From assembly GCA_964016885.1 (NCBI GenBank), contig OZ024743.1:336660001-336724000 (forward strand): a DNA stretch of 64,000 bases. The letters run 5' to 3'. Positions 59,141 to 64,000 of the stretch are shown here, in pieces. A program made the translations under genes and the position numbers. This DNA is from Eledone cirrhosa (Eukaryota). The notes under the pieces were generated by a model, which did no database searches, was not told the DNA's origin, and worked only from the letters and a program-made list of their open reading frames with translations. Every line of letters begins with the position of its first letter. The stretch's first letter is position 1.

Positions 59141-61245
59141 GCAAAAGTTCTATTTAAAGTTGTTGGGATACAACAAGTAAATATTTTTATAACTGATATA
59201 AAGCACTCGACAAGTTTTTGGAGTAGATATACGATATTAATAAATGGAAACTATATTTATAAAACCATATTTATTTCATTATACATATTTCAGGGATACC
59301 ACATTAAATTATGGTATGCCTTCATCAGACAAAATACAATATATAACAGTTTTACAAATAGCTTTGACGTACCCTTTTAAAATACAACCATTACTTTTGG
59401 AGGCTGTCTGGATAGTGATTTGTTTACATTGTTTTAATAAGTCATAGTGTTAAGCACAATTAGAAAAAGACGGAGAGAAAGAAAAAGAAAAAGACGGAGA
59501 GAGAGAAAAGAACAAAGATGGAGAGAGAGAAAGAAAGAGAAAGAAAACCTGGAGAAATATCGGAGAGAGAGAGAAATGTATGGAGAAAAGAAAGAAAGAG
59601 ATAAATAAAGATAGGAGGAAATAAAAAATAAAAAATAAAAAAGATATAAAAAAGAAAGAAAAGGAAGAAATAAGAAAAACAAATGAAAGCAACAGAAAGA
59701 TATCAAGTCATCATACAGAGAGAAAAACTCAAGAGAGAGAAATATTATATAGAGAGAGGGGGGACAATGACAACTTTACGTCATGTCATATTAAGTTGAG
59801 TTAACAATTTATATGAAATGAATAATAAAAATATAAGTATCAATATTCATGAATGGGACATAGATATATAATATGAGAAATTAAACATTGTTCAATAATG
59901 ACTATATGTTTAGTTTAGAAACTTGAGATCAATATACCAAAATCTGAGTTCAAAATGTACCCTTGCTATAGAGATCAGTATTTTATGCAAAGACATACAA
60001 ATATATATGTATATATATATATATACATAGATACGCACGTCCTGAAAATAGAAATTATGTTTACTCAAGCCAACAATATAGCCATACAAAACGTAAATGA
60101 TTTCTCTTAATCACTGCTATACATTCCTTGTGTTATAAAAACTTCACAGTATATATATACAAATATATACGATTAACAATCATGTCCTCATATATACTAT
60201 TATCATTCATGTGTTTAATATTATGCATATCTCCAACATAACTCACAACCACATAGATATTTACACATACATATATACACATACATATGTATAAATAAAT
60301 ATTTGCGTGCGTCGTCACGCATCGCTCATGTATATATACAGACATATATAGACACACAAAAACCTATAAGACTTTTTATGCATGTTAATATACACATATG
60401 CACTTGTATAGAGATAATCAAATATCAATATATTGCTAAAGGATTATAACTTGTAAATATAACCATAACAATATAAATTTAAAATACCAAAGGAATATAT
60501 TTTGGAAATGTAACTATGTCAGTATAGACAAAAGAAATCTAGAAATATCAAAGCATTAAATATCTTTAAAACACTATAGAGTATCTTAAGTTAAAATAAT
60601 ATGTTTTATATATTTAGTATAGAAATTTATCCTACGTATATCTCAATCAAGATATTGAAAGGGTAGACTTATGAAAGTTATGAGAAGCTATTATAATCCA
60701 AACAAATCAATAAAAATAATTTAAAAGATTTAAAAACCCAATGATTCTACAGATAACCTTATATTTAGTATAGAAATTTACCTTACGTATATTTTATTTA
60801 ATACATTGGAAGTATAGACATTTTAGAGTAGTTTATTATATCCTTGTTTATATTTAGGAAGAAAGTTTAAAAAGAAAAAGGTGAAGGAATCTAATGATTT
60901 ATCGACAGGTTCCATATATTAACTAAAATTACTTAATTAATTATACTACATTTTAAATTTATATTTATATTTAAACGTTGAGTTCAATCTATGTCTGCAG
61001 CAACTGAATAAATTGTTCCTTAGATTAAGGGAATTTTTGGACTTTAATATAAAGAATATTTCTTCAATACAAAGACCACAATTCTCTGAAGAGGAATTAA
61101 AAGGAGTAGCTTCTGAAATAATATTCCAATTCATCGAATATTTAATATTATCTCGTTTTAGGTCCCATAGTAGGCTAGATAGCGAAGTTGAAGATCTCTT
61201 GTTTGGATCTGTGAAAGAATTCTTATGATTGTTGAAGCGAAATTA
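59141..61245 (-). mobile_element. Penelope-like 3' fragment (end of GIY-YIG, long 3' region, hammerhead) between (TA)n tracts
   Basis: ORF 60946..61134 has CGLCIEE...LNLRNNLFSCCRH. Hammerhead on the same strand at 59.3 kb. Confidence 0.72.
59272..59336 (-). ncRNA. Type I hammerhead ribozyme, homologous to 54994-55053
   Basis: Minus strand: TATTTTGT-CTGATGA-AGG.ATACCATA(ATTTAA)TGTGGTAT.CCT-GAA-ATATGTAT-A-ATGAAATA. Confidence 0.85.
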
Positions 61246-61254
61246 TGCTTTTGC

Positions 61255-63899
<2,645 letters not shown>

Positions 63900-64000
63900 G
63901 CAGCCCAACCATTCGAATTTATTAGCACAACAATTTGGATCTCGTTAAGTATACTAGGATCGGAATTAAGAGTATTCCGCAGTTCACAGTAATAATAATA

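Overview
Eukaryotic, AT-rich, microsatellite-dense DNA, probably octopus (inferred from SINEs resembling octopus families as I recall them). It consists almost entirely of retroelements. Positions 1-23.7 kb are a contiguous array of six non-LTR retrotransposons separated only by (TTA)n: four Tx1-like (APE+RT) copies on + and two R4/Dong-like (RT+RLE) copies on -. The Tx1-like copies share a near-identical ORF2 but carry two different 5'UTR/ORF1 modules. The exchange point coincides with a candidate 52-53 nt GT-AG mini-intron that would fuse ORF1 to ORF2 in frame. The rest holds more Dong-like, RTE-like and Penelope-like (GIY-YIG) elements, tRNA-derived SINEs, about ten hammerhead ribozyme motifs (one pair in a retrozyme-like 435 bp tandem unit), two large palindromes and two weak host exon candidates. 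All calls were made by eye; no searches or folding programs were run.
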